64,000 nucleotides of DNA from Octopus vulgaris (Eukaryota). The stretch spans positions 16,182,001 through 16,246,000 of the forward strand of contig OX597820.1 in NCBI GenBank assembly GCA_951406725.2, in the 5' to 3' direction. Under the pieces are notes generated by a model, which did not search any database, had not been told where the DNA came from, and worked only from the letters and a program-made list of their open reading frames with translations. Position numbers and translations under genes: made by a program. Positions 12,081-27,366 of the stretch are shown piece by piece; within the stretch, counting starts at the first letter, position 1; each line of letters starts with the position of its first letter.

Positions 12081-12439
12081 CGAAAGTCAGGATGCGTGAA
12101 GTTCATTTATTCCCTAAATAAAAATGCATTAAATACTACAAAACGTAGACGTGGGAGAGACACAAGGACCCTAATTCTTCCTCAGTTATCGACCAAAAAT
12201 ACATATACCCAGTTTCATGCCTTTAACGATAAGGCTGGGAACTTCGTATGTCGGCGGCACCCGCAAGATTTGCGTAGAATTAGGGATCGAGCGAACAAGA
12301 CAGTACAGGGTGGACGTACGAAAGTTCACAAATGTAATTTCAAACGATAGACGAAGACGGAATATTTACAGTCTTTCGGCCAAACACGAGAATGAGGGAT
12401 TAACACCTTGGAGAAATCCTCAAATGGATATATATCTAT

Positions 12440-12596
12440 ATAGTGGCTGCGTGGTAAAAAGCTTGCTTACCGACCACATGGTTCCGAGTTCAGTCCCACT
12501 GCGTGGCACCTTGGGCAAGTGTCTTCTACTATAGCCTCGGGCCGACTGAAGCCTTGTGAGTGGATTTGGTAGATGGAAACTGAAAGAAGCCCGTTG

Positions 12597-12633
<37 letters not shown>

Positions 12634-12835
12634 TTGTGTTTGCCCCCTCCCACTATCACTTGACAATCGATGTTGGTACGTTGACGTCCCCGCAAATTAG
12701 CGGTTCGGCAAAAGCGACCGATAGAATAAGTACTAGGCTTACAAAGAATAAGTCCTGAAGTCGATTTGTACGGCTAATGGCGGTGTTACAGCATGGCCGC
12801 AGTCAAATGACTGAAACAAGTGAAAGAATAAAATA
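12440..12835 (+). mobile_element. Full-length tRNA-derived CORE-like SINE (family B)
   Basis: gtggctgcgtggtaa..gttcagtcccactgcgtggcaccttgggcaagtgtctt..internal (TA/TG)n..gactgaaacaagt; many copies across the window. Confidence 0.88.
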
Positions 12836-14929
12836 ATGTGTGTGTGTGTGTGTGCGTGTGTGTGCGTGCGTGTGTGTGTGTGTGTGTGTCAGGCCGTGAG
12901 CTGGCAAACCCGTTACAACGTCGGACAAACTGCTTCGCGGCATTTCTTTACGTTTTGAGTACAAATTCAGCTGAGATCAACTTCCTGTCTTTCTTCAAAA
13001 ACTACTGACCTTTACCAAAATTTGGAACCATTTGTATATCCGTTGACGATTTCTTCTTCATCTTTGGACTTTTCCCTTTTTCTTTTCCTCACAAAGAGCT
13101 ATGCTCGAAACGTCAAACTCTCTCCTTTCACTGAATGTCAAACTAATACATTTCTTGTGTACAAAATATACAGTACAACATTGTTTCTACTTCACGGATT
13201 TTCACCTGTCGCGGGGGTTTTGGGAACGTAAAACCCGCGATAGTCGACGGATTACTGTAATACATACATAATGCAAAAATCACTTTGTAAGCAGCAATGG
13301 TCAATAAAATATAAATGAAATTTTAAAATTTATTGTTTTGTGCAGCCTGGCACCAAATGATCCACGGACCTTTGGGTAGGGACCGCTGCCTTAGAAAAGT
13401 TCTACTCTACGGCACTTACCAACAGATTGCAAATCAGCGAAGAATCTTAACCCATTCCTGCCGATCGTCCGTTTAAACTGAGCCTTAATTTATAAGGGTA
13501 TAAAACAAATACTTGATGCAATTGATGCAAATTGTGTATCAAACAATGAAGCATGTCCTTAACGCGTACTCTTTTACATACCACAGAAAGGAGAGTACAC
13601 GGTACCACACAATATCGTTTACGCTCCGTTATAAACCTGATACTTCGTGTCTATAAATATTTGCCACCAAGATTCTGTGTAAAGAGTAGACTACTTCAGT
13701 AAGTTCTCTAAGAAGTAGACAATTTCCTGTCTTATAGTTATGGTCGATGGAACAGAAGTAAGGAATGCAAGCATTAACAATTTGAACGGTCTCCGTTACA
13801 AAATGCGATGTTTGGAAGTTTAAATTTCACTTCGATAGATCTAAGAGTTGGTCTGAATTTGATAGAAGAGGCACTAGAAAGCATATAGAGGTACCATTTT
13901 TGTTTAGAACTGGTACCAATCTCTTTCTTATTGTCGTCGGGACGTAAAAATAATGACTTCCCAGTATGTTCTTTGATCAGATGTAGGATATAGGGAGGGG
14001 CAGGAGAAGAGGAAAGAGGAAGGAAGTGAAAGTGTGAGTGTAGAAATATGTATATGAGGAATTATTTAATTGTATCTACATGAAACCATAGGACCGGCTG
14101 GTGGTTAACTTTTGGTTTCACCTGTATTAAATGGATGATAAATATATCTCACCCCTTTACCCTAGAGGTATATATACTTCCTGTACAGTAGGCACGCGAA
14201 GCAGTGTTGTGAAATAAACAAACTTTTAGATAGTTCAAAGGCCATTTTTACTGCGTGGAGAAAATTCTTGCTTTAGTCAATCAGAGAAAAATCAACAGTC
14301 ATTTCAGGGTGCCTCTTGCATTTTAAGCTCCTCAACCATCGTCAGCTTAGCATACAAAACAGATGATCCTTTTTCAGGAGCTGAATGTAAAATACTAGTA
14401 ATATAAAAGGGCCAGAGACGTTTTCACCTTTATACCCTTATCAAAACTCAGGTCAAGGCTCACATTGCTTAGGACTTTATCAGTTTTGTGTCCTAGACAA
14501 AGCATTAAATTGCAACCGGTGCCGGTGCAGAAGACCCTGGGGCTCTGAAGTTCGGGAATTTGGAGGAGTAAGAAAATTCCTTAGTCACCATTACTCCCAG
14601 ATTCGCTTTGATAGTACCTTTCAAGAGCCCTAGTTCTGGGTTAAATAACACAAGAAGGTTCCATGGTTAACATATACAGGATTCTGGAGAGGGTTGGCCC
14701 CCGACCATGTGTCGCACAGACACACTAGTGTGTGGACATGTTCTGATACCATGTCAACCAGTTCCCTTGTCTAAGGATTAAATAGCATCCCCACTTGCCT
14801 CATTTGCAAATTCTGTGGAACAGGAGACGAGCAGAATGTAAATAAACAGGCAAAAAGCGTCAAGGAATTACTGTTGTAAGTTTTTACTTGGTGGTCCATG
14901 GTTGCTGACACTTGTAAGCATGGCATATG

Positions 14930-15495
14930 AAAAAGAGGGTAAGAGAAAGAGAGAAACAAACGGGCAGACAGAAACAGAAAGAGAGACTAAGAGAGAGAGA
15001 GAGAGAGAGAGAGAAAGAAGGAGAGAGAGAGAAACAGATAGACAGAAAGAGAGACCAGACAGAGACACAGATAGAGGGGGACAGACAGACAGAGAGAAAG
15101 AGAGAGAGAGAGAAATAGACAGAAAGACAGACACAGGAAGAGAGACCAAGAGAGGGAGAGAGAAGGAGGGGAGAGAGAAAGAGGGAGAGAGAAATAAAGA
15201 GGGAGAAAGAGAGAAAGAGGGGAGAGAGAAAGAGAGAGAGACAAAGAGGGAGAGAGAGAGAAAGAGGAGAGATAGAAACAGACAGGAAGAGAGACCGAGA
15301 CAGAGACACAGATAGAGGAAGACAGACAGAGAGAAAGAGAGAGAGAGAGACAGACAGAAAGACAGACACAAGAAGAGAGACCAAGACAAAGACAGAGAGA
15401 AAGAACGATAGAAAGAGAAAGAGAGAGAGCGAAAGAGAAAGGGTGAGTGTGTGTGTATGTGTATGTGTCTTTGTGTGTATATGTGTGTGTATGTC

Positions 15496-15570
<75 letters not shown>
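14930..15570. repeat. (GA/GACA)n plus (GT)n compound microsatellite
   Basis: Direct inspection. Confidence 0.95.
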
Positions 15571-15572
<2 letters not shown>

Positions 15573-16002
15573 CCAAAAAGATCTTTGTAGATCAGAAAAA
15601 AGTGGTTGTTTCCAAAATGGTGGAAAATTATTCACAAAAACTGTTTAGTAAAATAGGCCTGACACATCCGGCTCTACGACTACGTAACATATCGGGAGTT
15701 ATAATGTAGACAAATAATCAGCAATTGGTGTTTATGTTGTCTCTCTGCGAATAAGACACTTGCTGCAACATGCCGCATTCAGGTTTCAGTTTTCCACCGA
15801 CTTGCTCCGTTCTTCGTGTAACGATTTATTTCTCCTTAAACATATTGCAGTATCACTCGATGCTGAACAGTGAACTTATAAATTCTACGAATACTCGACT
15901 CTACGAAATACTTAACTAACCATATGACTGACATCTAATCCTTCAACCAAAACATCAAATCCTTATGGAATATACAATTTCATGAACAGCGAGAAAGCAT
16001 TC

Positions 16003-16035
<33 letters not shown>

Positions 16036-16343
16036 TGTATGTATGTATGTATGTATGTATGTATGTATGTATATATGTATGTATGCATGTATGTATGCAT
16101 GTATGTATGCATGTATGTATGTATCTATGTGTATGTGTGTGTATATATATATGTATATATATATGTATATATATATTTATATATATATGTATATATGTAT
16201 ATTATGTATATATATATATATGTTTGTATGTATGTATGTATACATGTATGCATGTATGTATATATGTATGGTGTGCGTATATATGTATGTATATATGTGT
16301 GTATGTATGTATGTATGTATGTATATATATATATAAATGTGTG

Positions 16344-16386
<43 letters not shown>

Positions 16387-18014
16387 ATGCCAAAATATAA
16401 TTGCAGTTTATCTTATGATAAACAAAGTTCGCTAGACACGGCCAAAACACAGATATGCAGAAACGAACACATTGCATTGTTTATTTTTTGCAGTCGGTTC
16501 TATGTATAAATTGCGCAGAGGGAGTCTTCACTGTGAATTCACACGCTTGCTTCCGGTATGGGATTGGTCGATCGAATATCAGAGCTTATTAGCTGCAATG
16601 TATTTAATCTACTCGGTGATTTGGCTATGCGAAAAATTTTGTATCAACGAGGTGAAATATATTGCAGTAATAAACTCGGAAACAATAAAGCTGAGTCGAC
16701 GACGTCTCAACGAAAAATTGGTTCATTGTGTCAGAATTGTTCATTCTACTCTAAAAGTTTATAATTTATTAAGATTTGTTAACAAATTTGTCAAATATGA
16801 ATATGCAATGTCCATGATATTTGCAAAGCCTCCCAGATTGCTCAGAATGATAGAATTGATGTTCTGTTTAAATATTTATAGCTCGATATCTATCGGGCTT
16901 CATTTTAACCTGAGTTTAAATACTTTACTATATCTTTCCTTCAAATTGGATTGAAGTGTGTAAAGATTATAACCTGACCTTGAGATACAACAGAATAAAT
17001 AAAATTCGGGGTGAGCTATGTCGACTCATGCAGTAAGGTTTCAGTTTAACAAGTGACAGCAGATCCAATAGTCTGAGAGAGACAAGCGGAGACTGTAGTT
17101 AGAAACATAGTCATGAGGTCTGTTTGCTAAACACAGACCAAAGTCACATTTAACACATTTGAGTAGACTCGGATGTGAAAAGACCTTTTGTTGCGGAAAT
17201 GATCCCTGAATAAACATTCTCATCTTGGACGACTTTTGAGAAAACGCATTGAGCTGTGAATGACGTCATTGGATCGTTGGATGCCCGTATTTCTGCGTTC
17301 CTTTTCATAGTCAGCAATGAACTCCAAATGCGCCTTTCCCAGCCGAAGAAGACAATTCGCTCTTACATTAGAATAGCGTATGGTACTTTTGCTGCTGTGT
17401 ATAAAGCTTCAGCAAATTAGAATTAATTTTCTCCTGAGACTATTTCCGCAGCGAAAGGTCTTCACACGTCTGAGTACACGCGAACATATTGAATATGATT
17501 TTACATGAATAAAGTTTATTCAACACAGCTTCCTGCGACTTCATTTACTTCAAAGCAGAGACTTTTTTGTGTCGAGTGCAACACAGCTCACGCTCAAAAT
17601 TTCAGCATTGTGGTATCGGAAGGTATTAAACTTAGAATTAAAAGACTGTTAGAACTGCTTAATGCTGGTCTCTTTAATCCATCGGGATTAAAGAGAAGAT
17701 TGGTTACGACCACCTCTATGAATTCTGAGATGCTGGAGGTGAGACTAAACGGTCATTTATTGGTTGAATTGTATGTTTAACTTTCTTGGAGAAGAAACAC
17801 ACTTTAGAGTGTTTCTGAAAACTAGATGATATTCCTACAGAGAGAAAAATATTGAAGGGCTTAGCAAAGATAACGCTTTGAAGATCCTCCTGTAAAGCAA
17901 ACGAGCGTAGAAACATTTTGAACAGATTTAAAACATTACTTTTCCATTATTGGATTTATCAGATTTGAAGGATGGACAAATATAATAATAATAACGATAA
18001 ATATAAATATAATA

Positions 18015-18905
18015 ATCCTTTCTACTGTAGGCACAAGGCCTAAAATGAGAGTGAAGGGACCGGTCGATTACATCGACCCCAGTTTCACTGGTACTTAATT
18101 TATCGACCCCGAAAGAATGAGAGGCAAAGTCGACCTCGGCGGAATTTGAACTCAAAACGTAAAGACAGACGAAATACCGATAAGCATTTCGTCCAGCGTG
18201 CTTACGATTCTGCCAGCCGAGGTCGACTTTGCCTTTCATCCTTTCGGGTTCGATAAATTAAGTACCAATGATACATTGGGGTCGATGTAGTCATCCCAGA
18301 TTTCAGGCCTTGTGTCCCCTCGCACCACATTTCAGGCCCTGTACTTTTGGTAGAAAGGATTATTATTATTAGCATTATAGGTGGTTAGCTGGGTGTAGTG
18401 TTGGGGTGTTTGTCAAAAAATATTAAGGGGCGGCGAGCTGACAGAATCGGTAGCGCGCCGGGCGAAATGTTAAGCGGTATTTCGTCCGTCTTCACGCCCT
18501 GCGTTCAAATTACTCCAAGATCGACTTTGCCTTTCATCCTTTCGGAGTCGATAGAATAAGAACCAGTCAAGTACTGGGGTTGAAGAAAGGATTATTATTA
18601 TCATTATTATATAAGTATTCGAGTAGGCGAGCTGGCAGAAACGTTAGCACACCAGGCGAAATGCTTAGCAGTATTTCGTCTGCCGTTACGTTCCGAGTTC
18701 AAATTCCGCCGAGGTGGACTTTGCCTTTCATCCTTTCGGAGTCGATTAAATAAGTACCAGTTACGCACTGGGGTCGATATAATCGACTTAATCCGTTTGT
18801 CTGTCCTTGTTTGTCCTCTCTGTATTTAGCCCATTGTGGGTAGTAAAGAAATAGGCATTTGGCTTGTCTTTACGTTCTGAGATCAAATTCTGCCGAGGTC
18901 GACTA
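18015..18905. mobile_element. Family A SINE cluster, including an inverted pair joined at ~18217
   Basis: Minus copy 18015-18217 abuts a plus copy; further plus copies start at ~18428 and ~18626. Confidence 0.85.
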
Positions 18906-19444
18906 GCCTGGTACCAAAATTTGAAACCAAATAAATCCGTGTTTATTCTGGTATCAAAATTGAAAACATCGACCTTGTTTGTAAAATATCTTGGCCATGG
19001 GTTTATACCCTCAAAGCAAATTTCCTTCCCGCACTTTTGCATGGCACCATTCGTCCTCCTCTTTTCAAGGCGACAGGCAATAGTTTTAGGAAAATTTTCA
19101 AGACTTGTAATAAAGAGCTCATAGTCTGTATGAGGTCGTCGGAGTTATCAGTCGGTAGCAATAAATCTATTAATAAGTATTTCCTTTCTCATGGTTTTAA
19201 ATTTTATTAAAAATATTAAATTGCATATTTAAAGATTCATTAATTATGCTGAAAGTTTCACAGCAGTGGTTCTCAACCGGGCTCTATATGGCCCTTGGAT
19301 CTCCATATTAGATTTTGTTGTTAAAATAAGCAGGTTATTCTTCTGCAAGAGTGATTCCCAACCTTTTCACAGTGGTTCCCCAAAGTGGTTCCCAGCCCAT
19401 TTATTTAAATGAATTTTCATACGGCCCCTTTATCAATATGCTTA

Positions 19445-20345
19445 ACTTTGAGTTCTGAGTTCAAATGCTGCCGGGGTCGACTTTGCCTTTCATCTTTTCG
19501 GGGTTGAATACTGGGGTCGGTGTAATCTACTTTAAGGAGGCGAGCTGGCAGATTCTTTAGCGCGCCGAACAAAATGCTTAGCTGCATTTCGTCCGTCTTT
19601 ACGTTCTGAGTTCAAATTGCGCCGAGGTCGACTTTGCCTTTCATCTTTTCAGGGTCGATTAAATTAGTACCAGTTGAGTACTGGGGTAGATGTAATCGAT
19701 TTACACCCTCCTCCGAACTTGCTGGCCTTGTGCCAAAATTTGAAATCATTATTTAATTTGACCTTAAAGCGGCGATCTGGCAGAATCGTTAGCACGCTGG
19801 ATGAAATGCTTAACGGTATTTCGTCTGCCGCTACGTCCTGAGTTCAAATTCCGCCGAGGTCGACTTTGCCTTTCATCCTTTCGGGGTCGATAAATTAAGT
19901 ACCAGTTACGCACTGGGGTCGATGTAATCGTCTTAATCCGTTTGTCTGTCCTTGTTTGTCCCCTCTGTGTTTAGCCCCTTGTGGGTAGTAAAGAAATAGG
20001 TATTTCGTCTGCCGCTACGTTCTGAGTTCAAATTCCGCCGAGGTCGACTTTGCCTTTCACCCTTTCGGGGTCGATAAATTGAGTACCAGTTGCGTACTGG
20101 GGTCGATGTAGTCGAATTAATCCGTTTGTTTGTCCTTGTTTGTCCTCTCTGTGTTTAACCCCTTGTGGGTAGTAAAGAAATAGTAACATTTCGTCTGCCG
20201 CTACGTCCTGAGTTCAAATTCCACCAAGATCGACTGTGCCTTTCATCCTTTCGGAGTCGATAATTTAGGTACCAGTTGCGTACTGGGGTCGGTGTAATCG
20301 ACTAGTCCCCTCCCCACAAATTTCAGCCCTTTTGCCTCAAGTAGA
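19445..20345 (+). mobile_element. Family A SINE cluster with a ~180-bp tandem unit (3 units from 19770)
   Basis: Repeated tttcgtctgccgctacg..gtcgactttgcc..ccccttgtgggtagtaaagaaatag. Confidence 0.9.
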
Positions 20346-20519
20346 AACTATTATGTAATTTGGCTTTTGAGAATCGTTAATGCTTAGATTTAGTACGTCT
20401 TCACCCGAGTTCTCCGCAAAATTTCAGCCTTGTGCTTATAGTAGAGGGGTTTATTTAATTTGAGTTTGGTTTGTTTTTAATTATGATTTTTTTACATGTT
20501 GAGTTTTGTATCTTTCAAC

Positions 20520-21122
20520 TATCTTTTTATCTTTTACTTGTTTCAGTGATTAGACTGCGACCATGCTGGAGCATCGCCTTGGGGAATTTTTAGTCGAATG
20601 AGTCCACCTCGGCACTTCATTTCCATTAAAAATGAAGTGCTGCTTATTCTATCGATTTCTTTCGCTGAACCGTTGAGTTACAAATACGTAAACACACCAA
20701 TACCTATTTCATTACTACCCACAAGGGGCTAAACACAGAGGGGACAAACAAGGACAGACAAATGGATTAAGTGGATTATATCGACCCCAGTGCGTAACTG
20801 GTACTTATTTAATCGACCCCGAAAGGATGAAAGGCAAAGACGACCTGGGCGGAATTTGAACTCAGAACATAGCGGCGGACGAAATACCGCAAAGCATTTC
20901 GCCCGGCGTGCTAACGTTTCTGCCAGCTCACCGCCTTAAACACACCAATACCGGTTGTCAAGCGGTTGTGGGGGACAAACAGACACAAAGACACACACAC
21001 ACACACACACGCACACACACGTATATTTCCACTCTCCAACCATTGGTCGGCCCACGCAGTAGGACTGAACTCGGAATCATGTGGTTATGACGCAAGGTTT
21101 TTACTACACAGACACGCCTTAT
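20520..21122 (-). mobile_element. Family B SINE interrupted by a family A SINE (~20702-20937)
   Basis: taaacacaccaatacc occurs at 20689-20704 and again at 20937-20952, flanking the insert. Confidence 0.8.
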
Positions 21123-22626
21123 AGGTATATATCAGGTCGGGTGTCGATGAAGTATCGACCTCATTATCTCGTCACGGTTTATTTATTAGCGCTAAATAAT
21201 GCATAGGCGGGAAGCAATTTAGCCCGAAGTTTACGGATATTTGCACGAAAACAAACAAAAAAGGGAAAATAGTCTAACAAATTCACTATTCATATTTGGA
21301 GTGGTTTTTGGGGGTGTGGGTGGGGTATGGCTTTAAACTGCATTTCGTAGTGGTGCCCGGTTTGGGAGTCCCGAGGTTTTGGGGAGTGTAGAACCCCACC
21401 TTAACAACTATTGTTCCCAGGACTACACTGACAAGGCGTAGCAGCGTCTGACAGGATCCCAGCTATGGGTTAATTAGCATTTCCGGAAACTGCCACCGAA
21501 AGATTACTCACTGACACCCTAAAGGACTCAGGATACTGAGACCCTTCATATCTTTAGCTGATTGTCTTAGAGAAAGCAGCTCCGCAGAAGTTCTGCTTTC
21601 TGATACCTGTTGGGATCAAGGTCCCTGTTGCACAAGATTCGTTCAAGTTTCAAAGACGAGAAAGTGGGACTAGCTCCGCTTAAACTGTCTTCTATAATAA
21701 TTAACCCTTGCTACATTGTGGGGTAATTTATTAAGAGTTTAAACAAAGCTAAGGGAGAAAATAGAAAATCCAGAGGAAGGGACCCTAAGGTAAGTATGTA
21801 TGGTTACATTTAACCAATATCTGGCATCCCTTGCAGCTTCATGAATGCTGGGAACATATTGACTTGACTTTCCTTTCTGGCATATCCACGAGTGGAGAGG
21901 TGGTTGATGTACTTTGAGCTGGGTACTCGCTTCAGGAAACAGCCCAAGCGTTGAATTGGTTGAATTACTGTCTCTAAAATACTGCTCGGTCATGGAACGA
22001 ATTGAACTCGTTCTGCGAGGTATCACTGTATTAGTGACAGAGGCAGCATTAATACCGCGAGGTACTATTTATTCCCACTTAAATGTGGATGTCTTGTTAG
22101 AACAAACTATACTGTGGTAGATGCCTTGAGAGAAACTCTCATATAGGCTTTTGATGCAAAACGCACTCTTGTTTATATTGTTAGTGGGGAGATAAATTCC
22201 CGCCGCCTCCAGCGCTGAGATACCAGATCACATGATTTCGACCTTTCTTGGTCTTGTTCATGAAGGGTCGCTCGACCACTAGAGATAGCCTTGTAAACTG
22301 TTTTTAACATTTTCTTATTATTATCAAAGAATGTATATATGTATTGTAATATTTTGTCTTTCATATATATGTGTCTGTGTTTGTCCCTCTAGCATTGCTT
22401 GACAACTGATGCTGGTGTGTTTACGTCCCAGTCACTTAGCGGTTCGGCAAAAGAGACCGATAGAATAAGTACTGGGCTTACAAAGAATAAGTCCCGGGGT
22501 CGATTTGCTCGACTAAAGGCGGTGCTCCGGCATGGCCACAGTCAAATGACTGAAACAAGTAAAAGAGTAAAAAGAGTAAAGAGGTACTCGTGCGGTACCT
22601 TACAACTTCACTTTGTCATATATATG

Positions 22627-22670
<44 letters not shown>

Positions 22671-24324
22671 CTCTTTTACACTGTTACTCGTTCAGTCATT
22701 TGAGTGAGGCCATGCTGGAGCACCGCCTTTTAGTTGAAGAAATCGACCCCTGGACTTATTCTTTGTAAGCTTGGTGCTTATTCTATCGATGGTTTCTTCC
22801 ACTAACTATATAACACAGATAGGACAAGGTCAAACAAGGATCACATAATGATGTTTCAATAGTAACTGTGTTAGGTCTAACATGCGCCACCAAAATAAGG
22901 GTGTCATAGCGTTTTTGTCACGAAACTGGTTCAAAACTGAGTTATTAACGGCAATCAGAACCTCCTATTCTCCAAGCCTTTCTGTAATTGGTGTGCGAAC
23001 AGAGCTCCTAGACGGGCGACCTTCGCTGTTCGCTGCGGTGAAAGAACCGAATTCTCTTCTAAGGCCAAGTCTTTCTATAAACTGAATATATTTAAGAGAC
23101 ATCCAATACCACATTTTCGTATTAGCAATCTTTTTGAAATTATTAATTTTTTTTTTATAAGGAAATGAGGTCAACTCATGTATATTAAATATTCATGATA
23201 TATAATAAAGCACTATGTATGCCTGTCTGTCAGTCTCTCTGTATGTATGTATGTATGTATGTATGTATGTATGTATGTATGTATGTATGTATGTATGTAT
23301 GTATGTATGTATGTATGTATGTATGCATGTATGTATGTATGTATATGTGTGTGTTTACATATATATATGTATGCATATATATATATATATATATATGTGT
23401 GTTTATACATAAATAGATACATATATATGAATGTATACAGTCTCTCTGTATGTATGTATGTATGTATGTATATATATATATGTAGATGTGTGTGTTTACA
23501 TATATATGTATGCATGTATGTATATGTGTTTATACATAAATAGATACATATATATATGAATGTATATATGTATTTATGTATATATTTAAGCATGAATATA
23601 AGTATGTATATATATCTATGTATCTGTGTATGTATTTAAGTATGTATGTAAGTACATATGTATCTATGTATATGTGTATGTGTGTATGTGTGTATGCATG
23701 CATGGAGGTATGTATGTATGTATTTTTATATATATACATGCACATATACATACGCACGTACACGTACATATTTGTATATAATACGACTAACTATATGTGT
23801 ATGTTTGTATGTTTGTATGTATGTATGTAGGTAAGTATGTATACGTATGCATATGTTTACATATGTGTATATTTGTACGCGTATGTACGTATATATTAAA
23901 TTTATGCATACACACACTCACACACACGTATGTATGTGTATACTGTTGTATGTACGAATCCATTAATCTATGCACGTATATATGTATGTGTATAATCCTA
24001 CAAGGAAGTAAAAGATTTTTTGTCACATGAGCTAACTAGTTTGGTGGGGAAGTATGCTTGTACAAACATTTGGACACAAATTCGGGTAATTTATTAAAGA
24101 CGGACACACCCAAACCGCACACACACAAACACACACACACACACACAGATATTTGCGAGTATATGTGTGCGGGAATGTGAATTGTATGAGCGAGTGTGTG
24201 AGTGTGTAAATAGATACGGAAGCATGTGAAGAAAAGTTGATATCTTTATGGAACAAAATTAAACTTTTATAAATTATTTTCTTAAAAAAAAAAACATTGG
24301 TTTCACAACATTGGTGCTTTATTC

Positions 24325-24705
24325 TTTTCTACACTAGGCACAAGGCTCGAAATTTTGGGGTAGAGGGCCAGTCGATTAGATCGACCCCAGTACGCAACTG
24401 CTGCTTAATTTGTCGACCCCGAGTCGACCTCGGCGGAATTTGAACTCAGAACGTAACGGCAGACGAAATACCTATTTCTTTACTGCCCACAAGGGGCTAA
24501 ACACTGAGAGGACAAACAAGGACAGACAAACGGATTAAGTCGATTATATCGACCCCAGTGTGTAACAGGTACTTATTTAATCGACCCCGAAAGGGTGAAA
24601 GGCAAAGTCGACCTCGGCGGAATTTGAACTCAGAACGTAACGTCAGACGAAATACCGCTGAGCATTTCACCCGGCGTGCTAACGCTTCTGCCAGCTTGCC
24701 GCCTG
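24325..24705 (-). mobile_element. Family A SINE, dimeric
   Basis: Two tandem core units. Confidence 0.85.
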
Positions 24706-25266
24706 ACATTGCTACTTTTACAATAACATAGGAGCTAACAATAGTCAATTCACAATCTTATTTTTAAGCTTAGTACTTATTCTATATTTTTCTCTTGCTG
24801 AACCGCTAAGTTAGAGGGACGAAAACACACCAACACCGATTGTCAAGTGGCGAGATCCTGGGCAAACATAGGTACAAAGGCACACACATACATACACACA
24901 CTCACATATATACATACATATACGACGGGCTTCTTTCAGTTTCCGTCTGCCAACTCCACTCATAAGGTTTTGGTCAGACCGAGGCCACGATAGAGAACAC
25001 TTCCCGGAACCATGTTGTGGGGAGGCACAGTTTCTTACCACACAGCCACGCCTGCGCCTATTCACACAGCCACGCCTGCGCCTATTCACACAGCCACGCC
25101 TGCGACTATAATGTAAGAATATGCATAGTATATGTGTATGTGTGAGTGTATGTGTGTGTGTGCATATGTGTGTGTGTGTGTGTGTGTGTGTATGCGTGTG
25201 AATACATGTATCGTTATCATCATCATCCTCATCATGTCATTCCATTTTCAATGCTTGCATGTATGC

Positions 25267-25299
<33 letters not shown>

Positions 25300-25385
25300 T
25301 GTATGTATGTATGTATGTATGTATGTATGTATGTGTGTGTGTATGTATGTATGTATGTATGTATGTATGTATGTATGTATGTATG

Positions 25386-25416
<31 letters not shown>

Positions 25417-25850
25417 GTATGTATGTATGTATGTATGTATGTATGTATGTATGTGTGTGTGTGTATGCATGTATGTATGTGTGTGCATGTATGTATGTGT
25501 GTATGTATGTATGTATGCATGTATGTATGTATGTATGTATGTATGTATGTATGTGTGTGTATGTATGTATGTATGTGTGTATGTATGTATGTATGTATGT
25601 ATGTGTGTATGTATGTATGTATGTATGTATGTATGTATGTATGTATGTATGTATGTGTGTGTGTATGTATGTATGTGTGTGTATGTATGTATGTGTGTAT
25701 GTATGTAGGTATGTATGAATGTATGTATGTACATAGGTCTTCTCGAGATCAAAGAATGTTTGATGTCGTGTAATTGCTTCAATACATATGTACACACACA
25801 CACACACACACACGTGTATGTAGGTATGTATGCATATGTGTGTATGTGAA

Positions 25851-25905
<55 letters not shown>

Positions 25906-26009
25906 TGTATGTGATGTATGTATGTATGTGTGTATGTATGTATGTATGTATGTATGTATGTATGTAGTACTGTATGTATGTATGTATGTATGTATGTATG
26001 TATGTATGT

Positions 26010-26131
26010 ATGGGCGCCTCTTGCAGTAGATGTTAGAATATTTCTTTGGTGACCCTTCATACTGCATTTGTCTATGTCCCCTGCAAAATTCCCTGTACCC
26101 TCAAATCCTGATAAAGAGACACACAAAAACA

Positions 26132-26177
<46 letters not shown>

Positions 26178-26523
26178 TAATAAAATTGATACAATGTAGG
26201 ACATACAAATACTGTGTGAGTTACAGGAAGTGGACAGTATCGAAACCGCTCACGTCATACGGTATAGAAATTAAAGGTAATAAAGCCGAGCGTTTCTTTG
26301 TGTGATTGTAAGTGAATGTGTTCATGCGTGTTCGATTCCCCGTATGTATGTATGTATGTGTATGTATGTATGTATGTATGTATGTATGTATGTATGTATG
26401 TATGTGTGTGTGTGTGTGTATGTGTGTGTGTGTATGAGTGCGTGTATGTGTGTGTGTGTGTGAGTGCGTGCGTGTATGTGTGTGCAAGTGTGTGTGTATG
26501 TGTGTGTGTGTGTATGTATGCGT

Positions 26524-26579
<56 letters not shown>

Positions 26580-26737
26580 ATGTATGTATGTGTGTGTGAG
26601 TATGTATGTATGTATGTATGTGTGTGTGTATGTATGTATGTATGTGTGTGTGTTGTATGTAGCGTATGTATATGTGTGTGTCTGAGTGTGAGTGTGTGTG
26701 TGTGCATGTGTGTGTGTGTGCCTGCGCGTGTGTGTGT

Positions 26738-26835
<98 letters not shown>

Positions 26836-27062
26836 TGGCTGTGACACAATTTCGATTATTGGCTTAAGCATGAGCAACACGGACGTGGCTTTTCTCAGTA
26901 CTGCAAGAAACTTACATTCTCTTGTACCGATGAGGCAATGATGGGCGCCTCTTGCAGTAGATGTTAGAATATTTCTTTGGTGACCCTTCATACTGCATTT
27001 GTCTATGTCCCCTGCAAAATTCCCTGTACCCTCAAATCCTGATAAAGAGATACACAAAAACA

Positions 27063-27110
<48 letters not shown>

Positions 27111-27329
27111 TAATAAAATTGATACAATGTAGGACATACAAATACTGTGTGAGTTACAGGAAGTGGACAGTATCGAAACCGCTCACGTCATACGGTATAG
27201 AAATTAAAGGTAATAAAGCCGAGCGTTTCATTGTGTGATTGTAAGTGAATGTGTTCATGCGTGTTCGATTCCCCGTGTGCAGCTGGCCGCAACATTTATG
27301 TGTGTGCATGCGTGCCTGTGTGTGTGTGT

Positions 27330-27366
<37 letters not shown>

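Noticed and set aside
12235-12420. SYVGGTR motif suggesting a GIY-YIG endonuclease
   Set aside because: Too short, and the downstream conserved residues are not evident.
16472-17930. Non-repetitive ORFs of 160 aa and 91 aa
   Set aside because: No recognisable motif or convincing splice structure; similar to the unassigned 21540-22300 and 57180-57490 stretches.
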